Assembly: GCA_015522145.1 (NCBI GenBank) | Contig: WAMV01000007.1 | Coordinates: forward strand, 1 to 64,000 | Direction of reading: 5' to 3' | Origin: Candidatus Aenigmatarchaeota archaeon | GTDB lineage: Archaea > Aenigmatarchaeota > Aenigmatarchaeia > CG10238-14 > WAMV01 | DNA length: 64,000 nt | Shown: in pieces, positions 1 to 9,251 of the stretch | Layout: every line of letters begins with the position of its first letter | Position numbering within the stretch: the stretch's first letter is position 1 | Translations under genes and position numbers: made by a program | The notes under the pieces: model-generated | Database searches by the model: none | Told to the model about the DNA's origin: nothing | Seen by the model: the letters and a program-made list of their open reading frames with translations, nothing else

Positions 1-1
1 A

Positions 2-289
2 CCTGGAGTTGGAAGAAAGGTAGCCAATGTTATACTTTATAATGTTTATGGGAAGAATGAAGGAATTGTTGTAGATACGCATGTTAAAAGGTTGAGTTTC
101 AGAATTGGGTTAACAGAAGAAAAAGATCCAGTCAAAATAGAAAGGGATTTGATAAAACAACTTCCAAAAAATGTGTGGGGTCGTTTTAGCTTATTGCTTA
201 TAAAACATGGGAGAGAAGTTTGTCAAGCTAAAAAGCCAAAATGCGAAATTTGTGTATTAAACAAAATATGTGAAAAGAGAGGGTTATAA
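2..289 (+). CDS. nth: Endonuclease III, C-terminal part (5'-truncated by window)
   Basis: Frame from nt 2: HhH PGVGRKVAN, VVDTHV, C-terminal Fe-S motif CQAKKPKCEICVLNKIC. Confidence 0.93.
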   Translation, partial: PGVGRKVANVILYNVYGKNEGIVVDTHVKRLSFRIGLTEEKDPVKIERDLIKQLPKNVWGRFSLLLIKHGREVCQAKKPKCEICVLNKICEKRGL

Positions 290-319
290 TTTATTAACTT
301 TTAGTCCATAACATATTAT

Positions 320-601
320 ATGAGAAAAAGGAGAAAAATAAGTAAAGAAGAAATTGTTGACGACTTAATTTATTTTGGTTTGGGCGCTATGTTAGCTTTA
401 ATAGCTACTTTTATTTTTGATATTCACTGGGGCTTGTATGAATGGCCTCCAAAACTTAAGTTTATATTTAAAACTCCTTGGCCTTATGTTGTTAGCTTCT
501 TTATAGGCGGTGTCTCTGGTTTGATTTTCATAAAACTGTTTCTGTTTGCTTTGCAAGAAAACACCTTCAGAAAAATCAAAAAAATTTTAAAAAGAAAGTA
601 A
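320..601 (+). CDS. Small membrane protein, unknown function
   Basis: 93 aa, two hydrophobic segments, basic termini. Confidence 0.6.
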   Translation: MRKRRKISKEEIVDDLIYFGLGAMLALIATFIFDIHWGLYEWPPKLKFIFKTPWPYVVSFFIGGVSGLIFIKLFLFALQENTFRKIKKILKRK

Positions 602-678
602 ATAATTTATTGTTTTATGGGCTGTGGATGTTGCTCTGGAAAGAAAAAGGAGGATGAATGAATTTCTAGGTTGATATA

Positions 679-1755
679 GTGCTTGAAAATAGAGCCAAGC
701 TTATTGCTAAGCTTCTTGTTGACTACTCTACCTCTGTAAAGAGAGATGAGCAAGTTATAATTCATGGGGATGTAGCAGCTAAAGATTTTGTTTTGGAAGT
801 TTACAAAAATGTTTTGCAAAAAGGTGCTCATGCATATTTACACTGGAACGTTACCGGACAAAGAAAAATATTTTATAAATATGCCAGAAAACATCAGCTT
901 GAGAAATTTCCTAAGCCTGTATTTCAGGAAGTTAAAGAAAGTGACGCTGTAATTTATATCAGTGCTCCCGAAGATTTTTATGAGCTTAAAGGAATAGATG
1001 CTAAAAAGATAAGCTTGAGAATGAAAACACTTAAACCCATTTTGGATTGGCGGGTTGAAAAAACAAAATGGGTTATTTTTCAGTACCCCACCAAGCAAGC
1101 AGCTAAGTTTGCAGACTTAAGCTACGAGAAATTTAAGAATATGGTTTTTAACTCTTGTTTAATCGACTGGAAAAAATTTAGCAAAAAATTAAACAAGTTT
1201 AAAAGAAAGTTAGATAGAGTAGATGAGGTTGTTATTAAGGGCAAAAAAACAGAGTTGTATTTCTCCATAAAAAACAGAAAAGCTGTGGTAGGGAATGGAA
1301 AATATAACATGCCTGATGGAGAAGTATTTACAAGCGTTGTAGAAGACTCTGTAAATGGTTGTATTTATTTTGAAATACCTGCGGTAAAGTACGGAAATGT
1401 TGTTAAAAATGTATATTTGGAGTTTAAAGAAGGTAAGGTTGTTAAAGCTAAAGCAAGTAGTAATGAGAAATTGCTTAAAAAAATAATAGCTACAGACGAG
1501 GGAGCTAAAAGAATTGGTGAATTTGGAATAGGATTGAATTACAACATTACACACAACACAAAACAAATATTGTTTGATGAAAAAATTGGTGGTACCATTC
1601 ATTTAGCTTTGGGTAGAGGTTATAAAGAAACCAAAAGTAAAAACGAATCGGCAATACATTGGGATTTAATTAAGGACTTAAGAAAAGATGGGGAGATTTA
1701 CTTTGATAACGAGTTGGTTATGAAAAATGGTGTGTGGAAAAAAGATTTGCTTTAA
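679..1755 (+). CDS. M29 family aminopeptidase (AmpS/PepS-like)
   Basis: NMPDGEVF, IGEFGIG, LFDEKIGGTIHLALG, SAIHWD motifs; GTG start. Confidence 0.92.
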   Translation: MLENRAKLIAKLLVDYSTSVKRDEQVIIHGDVAAKDFVLEVYKNVLQKGAHAYLHWNVTGQRKIFYKYARKHQLEKFPKPVFQEVKESDAVIYISAPEDFYELKGIDAKKISLRMKTLKPILDWRVEKTKWVIFQYPTKQAAKFADLSYEKFKNMVFNSCLIDWKKFSKKLNKFKRKLDRVDEVVIKGKKTELYFSIKNRKAVVGNGKYNMPDGEVFTSVVEDSVNGCIYFEIPAVKYGNVVKNVYLEFKEGKVVKAKASSNEKLLKKIIATDEGAKRIGEFGIGLNYNITHNTKQILFDEKIGGTIHLALGRGYKETKSKNESAIHWDLIKDLRKDGEIYFDNELVMKNGVWKKDLL

Positions 1756-1763
1756 TTTTTCTA

Positions 1764-1907
1764 CGCCCGGGGTGGGATTTGAACCCACACGGGGCAGAGC
1801 CCCACCAGCTTTCTGTGGTACTCCTTCTCTTCATTGCTTGGGCTCTGAGAGGCGAGCTTCTTCATAAACTCCAGGCTGGCGCCTTTACCTGGTTCGGCCA
1901 CCCGGGC
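1764..1907 (-). tRNA. tRNA-Ser(GGA) with 58-nt intron at 37/38 (intron 1811-1868)
   Basis: Acceptor GCCCGGG/CCCGGGC, anticodon stem CCAGC/GCTGG, loop CT-GGA-G|A, long variable arm, T-loop TTCAAAT, G73; no encoded CCA. Confidence 0.95.
1811..1868 (-). ncRNA. Putative intron-encoded box C/D sRNA
   Basis: ATGAAGA(1865-1859), 11 nt, CAGA(1847-1844), 9 nt, ATGAAGA(1834-1828), 12 nt, CAGA(1815-1812). Confidence 0.7.
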
Positions 1908-1935
1908 CTAAAATTTAATTGTAAAATTTTATTCT

Positions 1936-2442
1936 TTAAATTTTATTTATGAACAGAAATGTTTTCCTTTCTTCTTTTGTTCGGTCGTTTATGTAGTATT
2001 TCACTATTACATCAACCCCTATGTTGTAATCCTCGTAGGAGTCATCTAAGGTAACTTTCGAAGCATAAACGTAATTGTTATAACCTGGTACTTCGTATCT
2101 TCTCATTTCCAATTCAACTTGGTGTTTTAATGGCCATCCAACAACATCATCCTTAAAACTATATATTAAAGCAAATAAATCAACCTTTTCAACATCCTTA
2201 GGGGTTTTAGCGTAAAAATAAAACGTTAAATTTCCATTAGTTTGAGTTTTTTCCACATAAAAACCTTCTCTTTTTTGAAAAGCCCTCCTCACATAGGAAG
2301 GTAAGGAGTCAAAAAGTTTTCTTTTTTCATATTCTTTAACCACAACCTCATAAGTCTTTAAAGCAGCAAAACCAGACAGACCCAATGCTAAGGATGTAAA
2401 GAACAGTTTTTTAATAAACTCTCTTCTTTTCTTTGACTTCAT
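1936..2442 (-). CDS. Membrane-anchored/secreted hypothetical protein
   Basis: N-terminal KKRREFIK followed by a hydrophobic helix; beta-rich remainder. Confidence 0.65.
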   Translation of the reverse strand: MKSKKRREFIKKLFFTSLALGLSGFAALKTYEVVVKEYEKRKLFDSLPSYVRRAFQKREGFYVEKTQTNGNLTFYFYAKTPKDVEKVDLFALIYSFKDDVVGWPLKHQVELEMRRYEVPGYNNYVYASKVTLDDSYEDYNIGVDVIVKYYINDRTKEERKTFLFINKI

Positions 2443-2486
2443 AGCAATAGTTTAAAGATTAATTTTTAAAAATTCAACTTTTTCTC

Positions 2487-2879
2487 ATGGTAAAGAAAAT
2501 ACCTCCCAACTATATGCTAAAATTATTGATTAAAGAAGCTGTTAAGGAAAGAAAAATTATCCATTCACAAGTGGACCTGGCAAAAATTGTGCTTAGAAAG
2601 CTTAGAAAAAAAGATAGAGGATATGTTGTTTCACCTTTCAGAGTGAAAAGACTAGCTTTAGAAATTCCACAAATAGAAGTCAAGATAAAAACAAAAAGAG
2701 TGCCTAAACCAAAAAGAATAAGGAAGTGTCCTGTTTGTCAGAGCAAAGTTAGACCAGTTAAAATAAAAAATTTAGTTGGGAAAATGGTTACCGTAGCCTA
2801 TAAGTGCGAGAAGTGTGGGTTTGAGGGTACAAAAGAAAGTTTCTTACCTTATGAATATATATTCATTTGGAAGGGTTAG
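2487..2879 (+). CDS. Basic archaeal protein with C-terminal Zn ribbon
   Basis: CPVC...CEKC; Lys/Arg rich. Confidence 0.7.
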   Translation: MVKKIPPNYMLKLLIKEAVKERKIIHSQVDLAKIVLRKLRKKDRGYVVSPFRVKRLALEIPQIEVKIKTKRVPKPKRIRKCPVCQSKVRPVKIKNLVGKMVTVAYKCEKCGFEGTKESFLPYEYIFIWKG

Positions 2880-3632
2880 CTATTCCTCAATAGTCCTTGG
2901 TGCCACAACAAAATCCAACTTTACATCAGAGCTTATGTTAAATGAAATTTTTAGTGGGAAGTCGTTGGCAAAATATAGACTTACACTATCAGAAGCTTTG
3001 GAAGCTTTCATAATTTTTCTTAGGTAGTCCAAAGGGTATTTGGCTCTGGCTTCCACACCCTCTAGTGATATTAAACCTTCATCTCCTGCTTCAAGCTCGA
3101 CCTCTGCTTTGCTAACATCACCAATCGCCTCCATTTTAAATTTCTTATCCTTGACGGAAAAGATTACAGCATCGGTAATAAGCTTTGCGTCCTTTAAGAA
3201 CTCTTCTAAAACATTACCAAGGAGTTCAACTTTTACTTTAAACTGTTCTTCCAACTGCTCTAAGTTTGGAACCTCCTCCTTGCTTATATCAAGCACGGGT
3301 AACTGAAATCTTCTTTGTGTACCATTTTTTATCAAAACTCTGAACCTTGAATCCTCCAGAACAAAAGAAATTGTGCTGCTTTTTTTACTTCTTTTTAATA
3401 TGGATGTTAGGTCAACGATGTTAAGACCTATATCTTGCTCCTGATCAACTTCATATTCCTCAAAAAATGATTTTTTTAGCTCAAAATCTACTGCTGCCAC
3501 CATGGCCCTGTCTGTAGCCAAGAGCTTAACTCTTTCTGGATTAACATTAATAACTGCCTCGTCTATAAGCTCTGCAATAGAATTAAAACCATACACCAAA
3601 ACCGGTGTGTTTGAGGATGTTAGCTTAATCAT
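2880..3632 (-). CDS. pcn: PCNA sliding clamp
   Basis: ELIDEA, ATDRAMVAAVDF, YPLDYLRK, DFPLK, VVAPR; start placed at ATG 3632. Confidence 0.95.
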   Translation of the reverse strand: MIKLTSSNTPVLVYGFNSIAELIDEAVINVNPERVKLLATDRAMVAAVDFELKKSFFEEYEVDQEQDIGLNIVDLTSILKRSKKSSTISFVLEDSRFRVLIKNGTQRRFQLPVLDISKEEVPNLEQLEEQFKVKVELLGNVLEEFLKDAKLITDAVIFSVKDKKFKMEAIGDVSKAEVELEAGDEGLISLEGVEARAKYPLDYLRKIMKASKASDSVSLYFANDFPLKISFNISSDVKLDFVVAPRTIEE

Positions 3633-3918
3633 GGTCCAACCCAATATATACTTCTTTAACGTTCTTAAATAAATTTTCTTCCACTCTTAAAGATTGTAAT
3701 ATATCTATATTTATTTTATCTCCAATCTTTGTTAAAAAAACTCTATAAAGGCCAGGCATCACGTTTTCTTCATGCTCAATTTCTAAACTACCTGTTTCAT
3801 CCTGTACCAAAAGCTTATTCTCTTTTTTCTCAACTCTTGCTATAAGACAAAACCTGAATTTTTGGTGAGGTACGTCTTTAACTTTGACTAACTTATAGTG
3901 CATAATGTAGATAGGCAA
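3625..3918 (-). CDS. Small OB-fold protein (RPA3-like)
   Basis: LLVQDETGSLEI OB-fold signature; lies between tfs and pcn. Confidence 0.5.
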   Translation of the reverse strand: MPIYIMHYKLVKVKDVPHQKFRFCLIARVEKKENKLLVQDETGSLEIEHEENVMPGLYRVFLTKIGDKINIDILQSLRVEENLFKNVKEVYIGLDHD

Positions 3919-3934
3919 AAATGTTAATTAAAAG

Positions 3935-4267
3935 TTAACTGTAAACGCGCCACCTGTATCCACATTTTGTACACTGGTAGAAAATTGTTGGAGGTTCATC
4001 TGCGCTGCGAGTTTGCTGCATCCACCAATAAGCTTCCTCATTCCCACAATTTGGACAAAGAATTTTTGTTACGGGCAGCTCACCCTTCAGTTCTGTTTTA
4101 TCAATTACTATAATTTCTTTCTTGCTCTCCAGTTTTGTTGATAAGTTAACCTTTTCCTTTGGTTTGGGTTCATAGTACTTGTTACATTTTTTACAATACC
4201 ACTTAACCTTTCCACTTTTTTTCTTTGGTAAAAGTATGGTACCGCATTTTTGGCAAAACTTCAACAT
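3935..4267 (-). CDS. tfs: Transcription factor S
   Basis: Two Zn ribbons; QTRSADEPPT motif. Confidence 0.96.
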   Translation of the reverse strand: MLKFCQKCGTILLPKKKSGKVKWYCKKCNKYYEPKPKEKVNLSTKLESKKEIIVIDKTELKGELPVTKILCPNCGNEEAYWWMQQTRSADEPPTIFYQCTKCGYRWRVYS

Positions 4268-4270
4268 TTA

Positions 4271-4792
4271 TTAACCTCCAATCAGTTTGTAGATTAATAC
4301 CTTAAAATATCCAATTTTGGGAAATATAAAGATTACTTTTCCATTAATTTGCTCTGCCCTCACGCTTTTTTCATAAGGAAGTTGACCAAAATTGTTATCT
4401 CCTTTAGTTTGATAGGTACCATCTGGATTTATGGCTATTATTCTGTGGATTATGGGAAAATTCACTCCGGGCACGTTATATACTATAACATCGCCTATGG
4501 TGTAATTCTGAGAAATATTGGAAACCACTGCTACGTCACCTTCATTTATACCATTGGGGAATGGCCAAGAATCTATGTACTCTTTACTATACCCAAAATT
4601 CTTGGCTAGCCAAGAATAGTGTGTTAAGTTTGGGTTATCGTGTTGCATAGAAGTGCTATAAACTGCAACTAAAGGAGTTGGTGTATTTAGAACTACTTCT
4701 AGAATTTTTATTAACAAAAAAGCAGATATAATAGCCAGTATAGTCCATCCATCTTCACCAATTCTTATTTTTTTTCTTTTACGCACGACCAT
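4271..4792 (-). CDS. Signal peptidase I (Sec11-type)
   Basis: N-terminal TM, STSM, GDVIVY, PIIHRI, TKGDNN. Confidence 0.92.
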   Translation of the reverse strand: MVVRKRKKIRIGEDGWTILAIISAFLLIKILEVVLNTPTPLVAVYSTSMQHDNPNLTHYSWLAKNFGYSKEYIDSWPFPNGINEGDVAVVSNISQNYTIGDVIVYNVPGVNFPIIHRIIAINPDGTYQTKGDNNFGQLPYEKSVRAEQINGKVIFIFPKIGYFKVLIYKLIGG

Positions 4793-5363
4793 AACTTTCT
4801 CCTCTTACTATGGCTGTAGCTATGATATGAGCCAGCCTTAAAGGTTCTGGCAAGTTCCCAACCTTTATAGTTTTCTTAATAATTTCTTCTGCTTCTTTTT
4901 TATTAGTTCCTGCATATTGATAATAAAGTTTCCCTTTAGGTAGCTCTAGCATGATGGGCTTACCAGCTTTTTTTATCAACTCCCATCTGTATTCTGGTTT
5001 GGATAGATTTTTTAGTGCTTTTTTTATTTTTTTAAAATTGGGTTTTTTTCTAACTATAGCTATAACTGGCAAGCCTGTTTTTTCACTGAGTGTATTAATA
5101 TCAACAATGTTAAACCCACCAAACGTTATACCATTTGTCATTATAGCCTTAAGCTGAGGTTTGTGTCTGCTAGAGTTTATAACTCCAATAAGTTTTTTTG
5201 TGGCATTAAATCCATCTACCCGAACTTTTGTTTTAAGCATTCCATCCATGTATTTGTTGCCTCGAAAAATAACCCCCACAACTACAACACTTTTATCTTT
5301 ATTTTTATCAAAGGGACTGTCATCAAATCCCACAACTCTTATCTCATCCTTAATGCGTGTCAT
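4779..5363 (-). CDS. DUF99 family (endonuclease V-like) protein
   Basis: GFDDSPF, GITFGGFNIVD, PEPLRLAHIIA. Confidence 0.88.
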   Translation of the reverse strand: MTRIKDEIRVVGFDDSPFDKNKDKSVVVVGVIFRGNKYMDGMLKTKVRVDGFNATKKLIGVINSSRHKPQLKAIMTNGITFGGFNIVDINTLSEKTGLPVIAIVRKKPNFKKIKKALKNLSKPEYRWELIKKAGKPIMLELPKGKLYYQYAGTNKKEAEEIIKKTIKVGNLPEPLRLAHIIATAIVRGESYGRA

Positions 5364-5420
5364 TTAAAACTATATGGGAAACCAAAAGTTTAAATTTTAA
5401 TGTTTCTTAAAACTTACACT

Positions 5421-5591
5421 ATGGTAAAGAAACTATTTCCTGAAACACAACAAAGACTTTTTGAAAGAGTATTTGTTTGTAAGAATTGTAAGAAAAAAAT
5501 AAGGGCCAATCCTGCTCACGTTAGAGCCGGTAAAGTTGTCTGTCCTAAATGTAAGAGAAAAGATTTTAGGCCTAAAAGGAGACCAGCATGA
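5421..5591 (+). CDS. rpl40e: Ribosomal protein eL40
   Basis: FPET..RL..VFVCKNC...CPKC...FRPK; ATG 5421. Confidence 0.8.
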   Translation: MVKKLFPETQQRLFERVFVCKNCKKKIRANPAHVRAGKVVCPKCKRKDFRPKRRPA

Positions 5592-5842
5592 AAATTGAAT
5601 ACATAACAACAAGGATATTAGAAAATTCTAAAGGAGAAAAAACAGGTAAAATTAGAATAGTTAAGTTTAAAGAAAAAGAGCTGGCAGACGTTATTTTTAA
5701 GTGTCCTGAATGCGGTAATGAGCAAAAAAGTGAGGAAAAATTTAAAAAACCCTTTTTCTATTCTTGTAAAAAATGTGGACATAAAGTTAAGATAATAAGT
5801 CTGCGCACAGAAATAAAGAAAAGTCTTAAAAAAGGTAAATAA
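5588..5842 (+). CDS. Small Zn-ribbon protein
   Basis: CPECG...CKKCG; ATGA overlap with rpl40e. Confidence 0.7.
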   Translation: MKIEYITTRILENSKGEKTGKIRIVKFKEKELADVIFKCPECGNEQKSEEKFKKPFFYSCKKCGHKVKIISLRTEIKKSLKKGK

Positions 5843-5855
5843 AAGCTTTTATTAA

Positions 5856-5927
5856 GCGGGGGTGGCCGAGTGGCTAGGCGCACGGCTGCAGACCGTGTCT
5901 ACGCGGGTTCGAATCCCGCCCCCCGCT
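5856..5927 (+). tRNA. tRNA-Cys(GCA)
   Basis: GCGGGGG/CCCCCGC acceptor, CACGG-CTGCAGA-CCGTG, TTCGAAT, U73. Confidence 0.96.
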
Positions 5928-5961
5928 TAAAATAATAAAAATGAGTGCTAATGTTAAAATT

Positions 5962-7425
5962 ATGAAAAAACCAAAGCTAAAGCTTTACAACACACTAACT
6001 AAAAAGAAAGAAATTTTCAAACCTTTAAAAAACAAACTAGTCAGGTTTTATGCTTGTGGACCTACGGTATATGATTATCCTCATATAGGAAATTTAAGAG
6101 CTTATGTTGCAGAAGACATATTACGCAGAACGTTGGAGCTTAATGGGTATAAAGTTAAGCATGTAATGAACATAACTGATGTTGGGCACTTAACTAGCCA
6201 GGCTGATGAAGGAGAAGATAAGGTTGAGCTAGCAGCTAGAAAACATAAAAAAACCGCATGGGAAATTGCAGAGTTCTTCACTAAAGTGTTTTTAGATAAT
6301 TTGAAAACTTTGAACATAAAAATGCCTCATATAATGCCTAAAGCAACTGAACATATAAAAGAAATGATTGAGTTGATAAAAAAACTGGAAAAGAAAGGTT
6401 ACACTTATAGAATAGATGATGGAATTTATTTTGATACTAGCAAGCTCAAAGATTATGGTAAGCTTACAGGAATGAACTTCAAACAACTAAACAGATATTT
6501 GAAAGCTGGGGCACGAGTTCCTTTCAATCCACAGAAAAGAAATATTACAGATTTTGCTTTGTGGAAATTCAGCCCTAAAGATGTAAAAAGGCAGATGGAA
6601 TGGCCAAGCCCGTGGGGCATTGGATTTCCAGGATGGCATATTGAATGTTCTGCTATGAGCATGAAATACCTGGGCAATACTTTTGATTTACATGCTGGGG
6701 GTGAAGATCATATACCTATTCATCATACTAACGAAATTGCTCAAAGCGAAGCAGCTACTGGCAAACCTTTCGTAAAGTACTGGTTCCATGTAGCCTTTCT
6801 TTTGGTTAACGGTAAGAAAATGAGCAAAAGTTTAGGTAATTATTATACGCTACAAGACTTGCTTGACAAGGGTTATGGTTGGAGAGAAATAAGATATGCA
6901 TTAATGTCAGCACATTACAGACAGCAGCTTAACTTTACTCTGAGGGGCTTAGAATCTGCAAAAAGATCTGTTGAGAGAATAATTGAATTCATGAGAAGGC
7001 TAAGAGATTACTCTAACGGTAAAAAACACAAAACATTTCATAAGATATTAACCAGATATAAGTACAAATTCTGGAAAGAAATAAATAATGATTTAAACAT
7101 GCCAAAAGCTTTGGCTGTACTTTTTGAATTTATTAACAAAGTCAATAAACTTATGGACCAAAAGAAAATTTCCAAAGGAGACGCTAAAAAAGCTATAAAG
7201 CTAATGCTTTGGTTTGACCAAATTCTGGGCTTAAAGTTAGATGAGATACTTAAAGAAGAAAGAAAGTTGCCCAAAGAAGCTGAAGAATTGATAAAGTTGA
7301 GAGAGGAAGCAAGGAAAAAGAAAGACTATAAAACGGCTGATAAAATAAGAGAAGAATTAAGAAAGAAATTTGGTATTATTCTGGAAGATACTAAAGATGG
7401 AGTTAGATGGAAATGGGAAAAGTAA
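5962..7425 (+). CDS. cysS: Cysteine-tRNA ligase
   Basis: CGPTVY, HIGN, PGWHIEC, KMSKS; alternative start 5941. Confidence 0.98.
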   Translation: MKKPKLKLYNTLTKKKEIFKPLKNKLVRFYACGPTVYDYPHIGNLRAYVAEDILRRTLELNGYKVKHVMNITDVGHLTSQADEGEDKVELAARKHKKTAWEIAEFFTKVFLDNLKTLNIKMPHIMPKATEHIKEMIELIKKLEKKGYTYRIDDGIYFDTSKLKDYGKLTGMNFKQLNRYLKAGARVPFNPQKRNITDFALWKFSPKDVKRQMEWPSPWGIGFPGWHIECSAMSMKYLGNTFDLHAGGEDHIPIHHTNEIAQSEAATGKPFVKYWFHVAFLLVNGKKMSKSLGNYYTLQDLLDKGYGWREIRYALMSAHYRQQLNFTLRGLESAKRSVERIIEFMRRLRDYSNGKKHKTFHKILTRYKYKFWKEINNDLNMPKALAVLFEFINKVNKLMDQKKISKGDAKKAIKLMLWFDQILGLKLDEILKEERKLPKEAEELIKLREEARKKKDYKTADKIREELRKKFGIILEDTKDGVRWKWEK

Positions 7426-8273
7426 GTTTTGTTACTGATATTTTTGGTGAAGAAGAGGCTAACGTTATAGTTTTAGGTGTACCTATTGGCAAAGGAACTA
7501 AAAAAACTATTCAAAAACTAAGAGAAGTTAGCCGTTTTGTTGAGCCTTTTGACGTTGTTACAAAAAGAAACTTACTCAAAAATGTTAGGATTTTTGATAA
7601 GGGGGATGTTAAGCTAAAAAAATTATCAAACATTACTCAAAGTGTGAAGCGCATCTTGCAGAAAGATAAAGTTCCTTTGATTCTGGGGGGCAATCATCTG
7701 TTAACTTACTATACCTTAAAAGCTTACCATAACTTGGGTAGAGAGGTTAAGATTTTGGTTTTTGATGCCCACGCAGACTTAAAATATGAATATCTTGACA
7801 AAAAAATAAAAGAAATGAATTACGTTAAAGGTATCAGGATAGACAAAAAACTTAATGATGCTACTTGGCTAAGAAGGGTTTTGGAATGGCAGAATCCAAA
7901 AAATGTTTTTCTAGCTGGGATAAGAAGTTTAGATGAGGACGAATTTTCATTCATAAAAGATAATGCTATTCTTTATCTTACTTCTTCGGAAATTAAAAAG
8001 GATTTAATGGGATCGGCAAATACTCTTAGAAGATTTACTCAAAACTCTAATGTGTATGTCTCTCTTGACATAGACGTTTTTGATCCTTCTGTAGCTCCAG
8101 ATACGTATTATCCTGAGCCTGATGGCTTGCTATTTGAGCATTTTAAGCAGTTAATAGAAGCTGTAGCTGGCAAGGTTGTGGGTATTGATTTGTGTTGTGT
8201 AAAGACTTCTAAAAATAATGTGACCGAGATGCTTGCCGTGAGATGTTTGTTTGAAATTCTTAGTAAAGTGTAA
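7407..8273 (+). CDS. Arginase/agmatinase family ureohydrolase
   Basis: [18 protein letters not shown]. Confidence 0.88.
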   Translation: MEMGKVSFVTDIFGEEEANVIVLGVPIGKGTKKTIQKLREVSRFVEPFDVVTKRNLLKNVRIFDKGDVKLKKLSNITQSVKRILQKDKVPLILGGNHLLTYYTLKAYHNLGREVKILVFDAHADLKYEYLDKKIKEMNYVKGIRIDKKLNDATWLRRVLEWQNPKNVFLAGIRSLDEDEFSFIKDNAILYLTSSEIKKDLMGSANTLRRFTQNSNVYVSLDIDVFDPSVAPDTYYPEPDGLLFEHFKQLIEAVAGKVVGIDLCCVKTSKNNVTEMLAVRCLFEILSKV

Positions 8274-8307
8274 AGTTTTTAATTTATGTAAAGAATTACT
8301 TTTATTT

Positions 8308-8394
8308 GCCGGGGTCGCCTAGCCTGGCCGATGGCGCGGGGCTTAGGACCCCGTGGCGTTAGCGCCTTCGTGGGTTCGAATCCCACCCCCGGCA
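8308..8394 (+). tRNA. tRNA-Leu(TAG)
   Basis: GCCGGGG/CCCCGGC acceptor, CGGGG-CTTAGGA-CCCCG, variable arm, TTCGAAT, A73. Confidence 0.95.
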
Positions 8395-8404
8395 TGTTGG
8401 TAAC

Positions 8405-9241
8405 ATGCAAGAATTGCAAGTTGTTATACACGCTGGTGGAAAAGGATTAAGATTAAGGCCACATACTGAAAAAATCAATAAAACGGTTATCGGAGTAGGG
8501 AAAGAGAAAAAGCCTTTTCTATATTATGTTTCCTATCCTTACAGGGAATTAGTAGATACTCTTTATTTAACTCTTCATTATAAAGGAGATAAGGTACTAG
8601 AAATTGCAAAACAATACTTAGATTTTGAAAATATTGTTGGGCTTAAAGAGCCTTCTGAAAATTATTTAGGGAGAGCTGGAATAATGTCTTATGCTTTAAA
8701 AAATGGAATGTTAAGAACAACATCTACTATTTCTCATAACGGCTCAGATTTACTCATTTATAATGTCAGAAAATTTCTAGATGAAAGTGTTAGGAATGAA
8801 AATAATAGGTATTTAGCAACTGTTTTGGTTTTTAAGCCTTACGCTAACTGGAAACCAAAAGTTATAGATAACAAAGTTCAGTTTGATTTTATTTTGGTTG
8901 ATGAAAATAATGTGATAAAAGATATAGTTAAGAAACCTGAACTGGATGAATATTACAAAATGTTAGAAGAAGAAAACATCTTTGTTAATGTTGGTTGTAT
9001 ATACTTATCTGCTAATGCTATGAAGCTGATTAAGGAGATTGATCCAAAAGAATACATAAAAAGACCTTTACAAATAGAAAATATTGAAAACGAAAAAATT
9101 AAAGAGATTTTCTTAACTGGTAGAGCTAAAGTATATACTGAAAATTTCCTTTGGTATCCTTTAAAAGAAGAAAGGGATTTGAAACTATTAGAAAACATGG
9201 ATATTGAATCCAAAATTAAAAATTATAACCATAGTTACTAA
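8405..9241 (+). CDS. Sugar-phosphate nucleotidyltransferase family protein
   Basis: VVIHAGGKGLRLRP...K N-terminal motif. Confidence 0.8.
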   Translation: MQELQVVIHAGGKGLRLRPHTEKINKTVIGVGKEKKPFLYYVSYPYRELVDTLYLTLHYKGDKVLEIAKQYLDFENIVGLKEPSENYLGRAGIMSYALKNGMLRTTSTISHNGSDLLIYNVRKFLDESVRNENNRYLATVLVFKPYANWKPKVIDNKVQFDFILVDENNVIKDIVKKPELDEYYKMLEEENIFVNVGCIYLSANAMKLIKEIDPKEYIKRPLQIENIENEKIKEIFLTGRAKVYTENFLWYPLKEERDLKLLENMDIESKIKNYNHSY

Positions 9242-9251
9242 ATTGTTAAGT

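Noticed and set aside
1764..1792. Repeat shared with the 3' end of the tRNA at 45571-45599
   Set aside because: Explained by homology of two tRNA-Ser genes
1734..1952. 72-aa ORF on the + strand
   Set aside because: Antisense to tRNA-Ser(GGA); spurious
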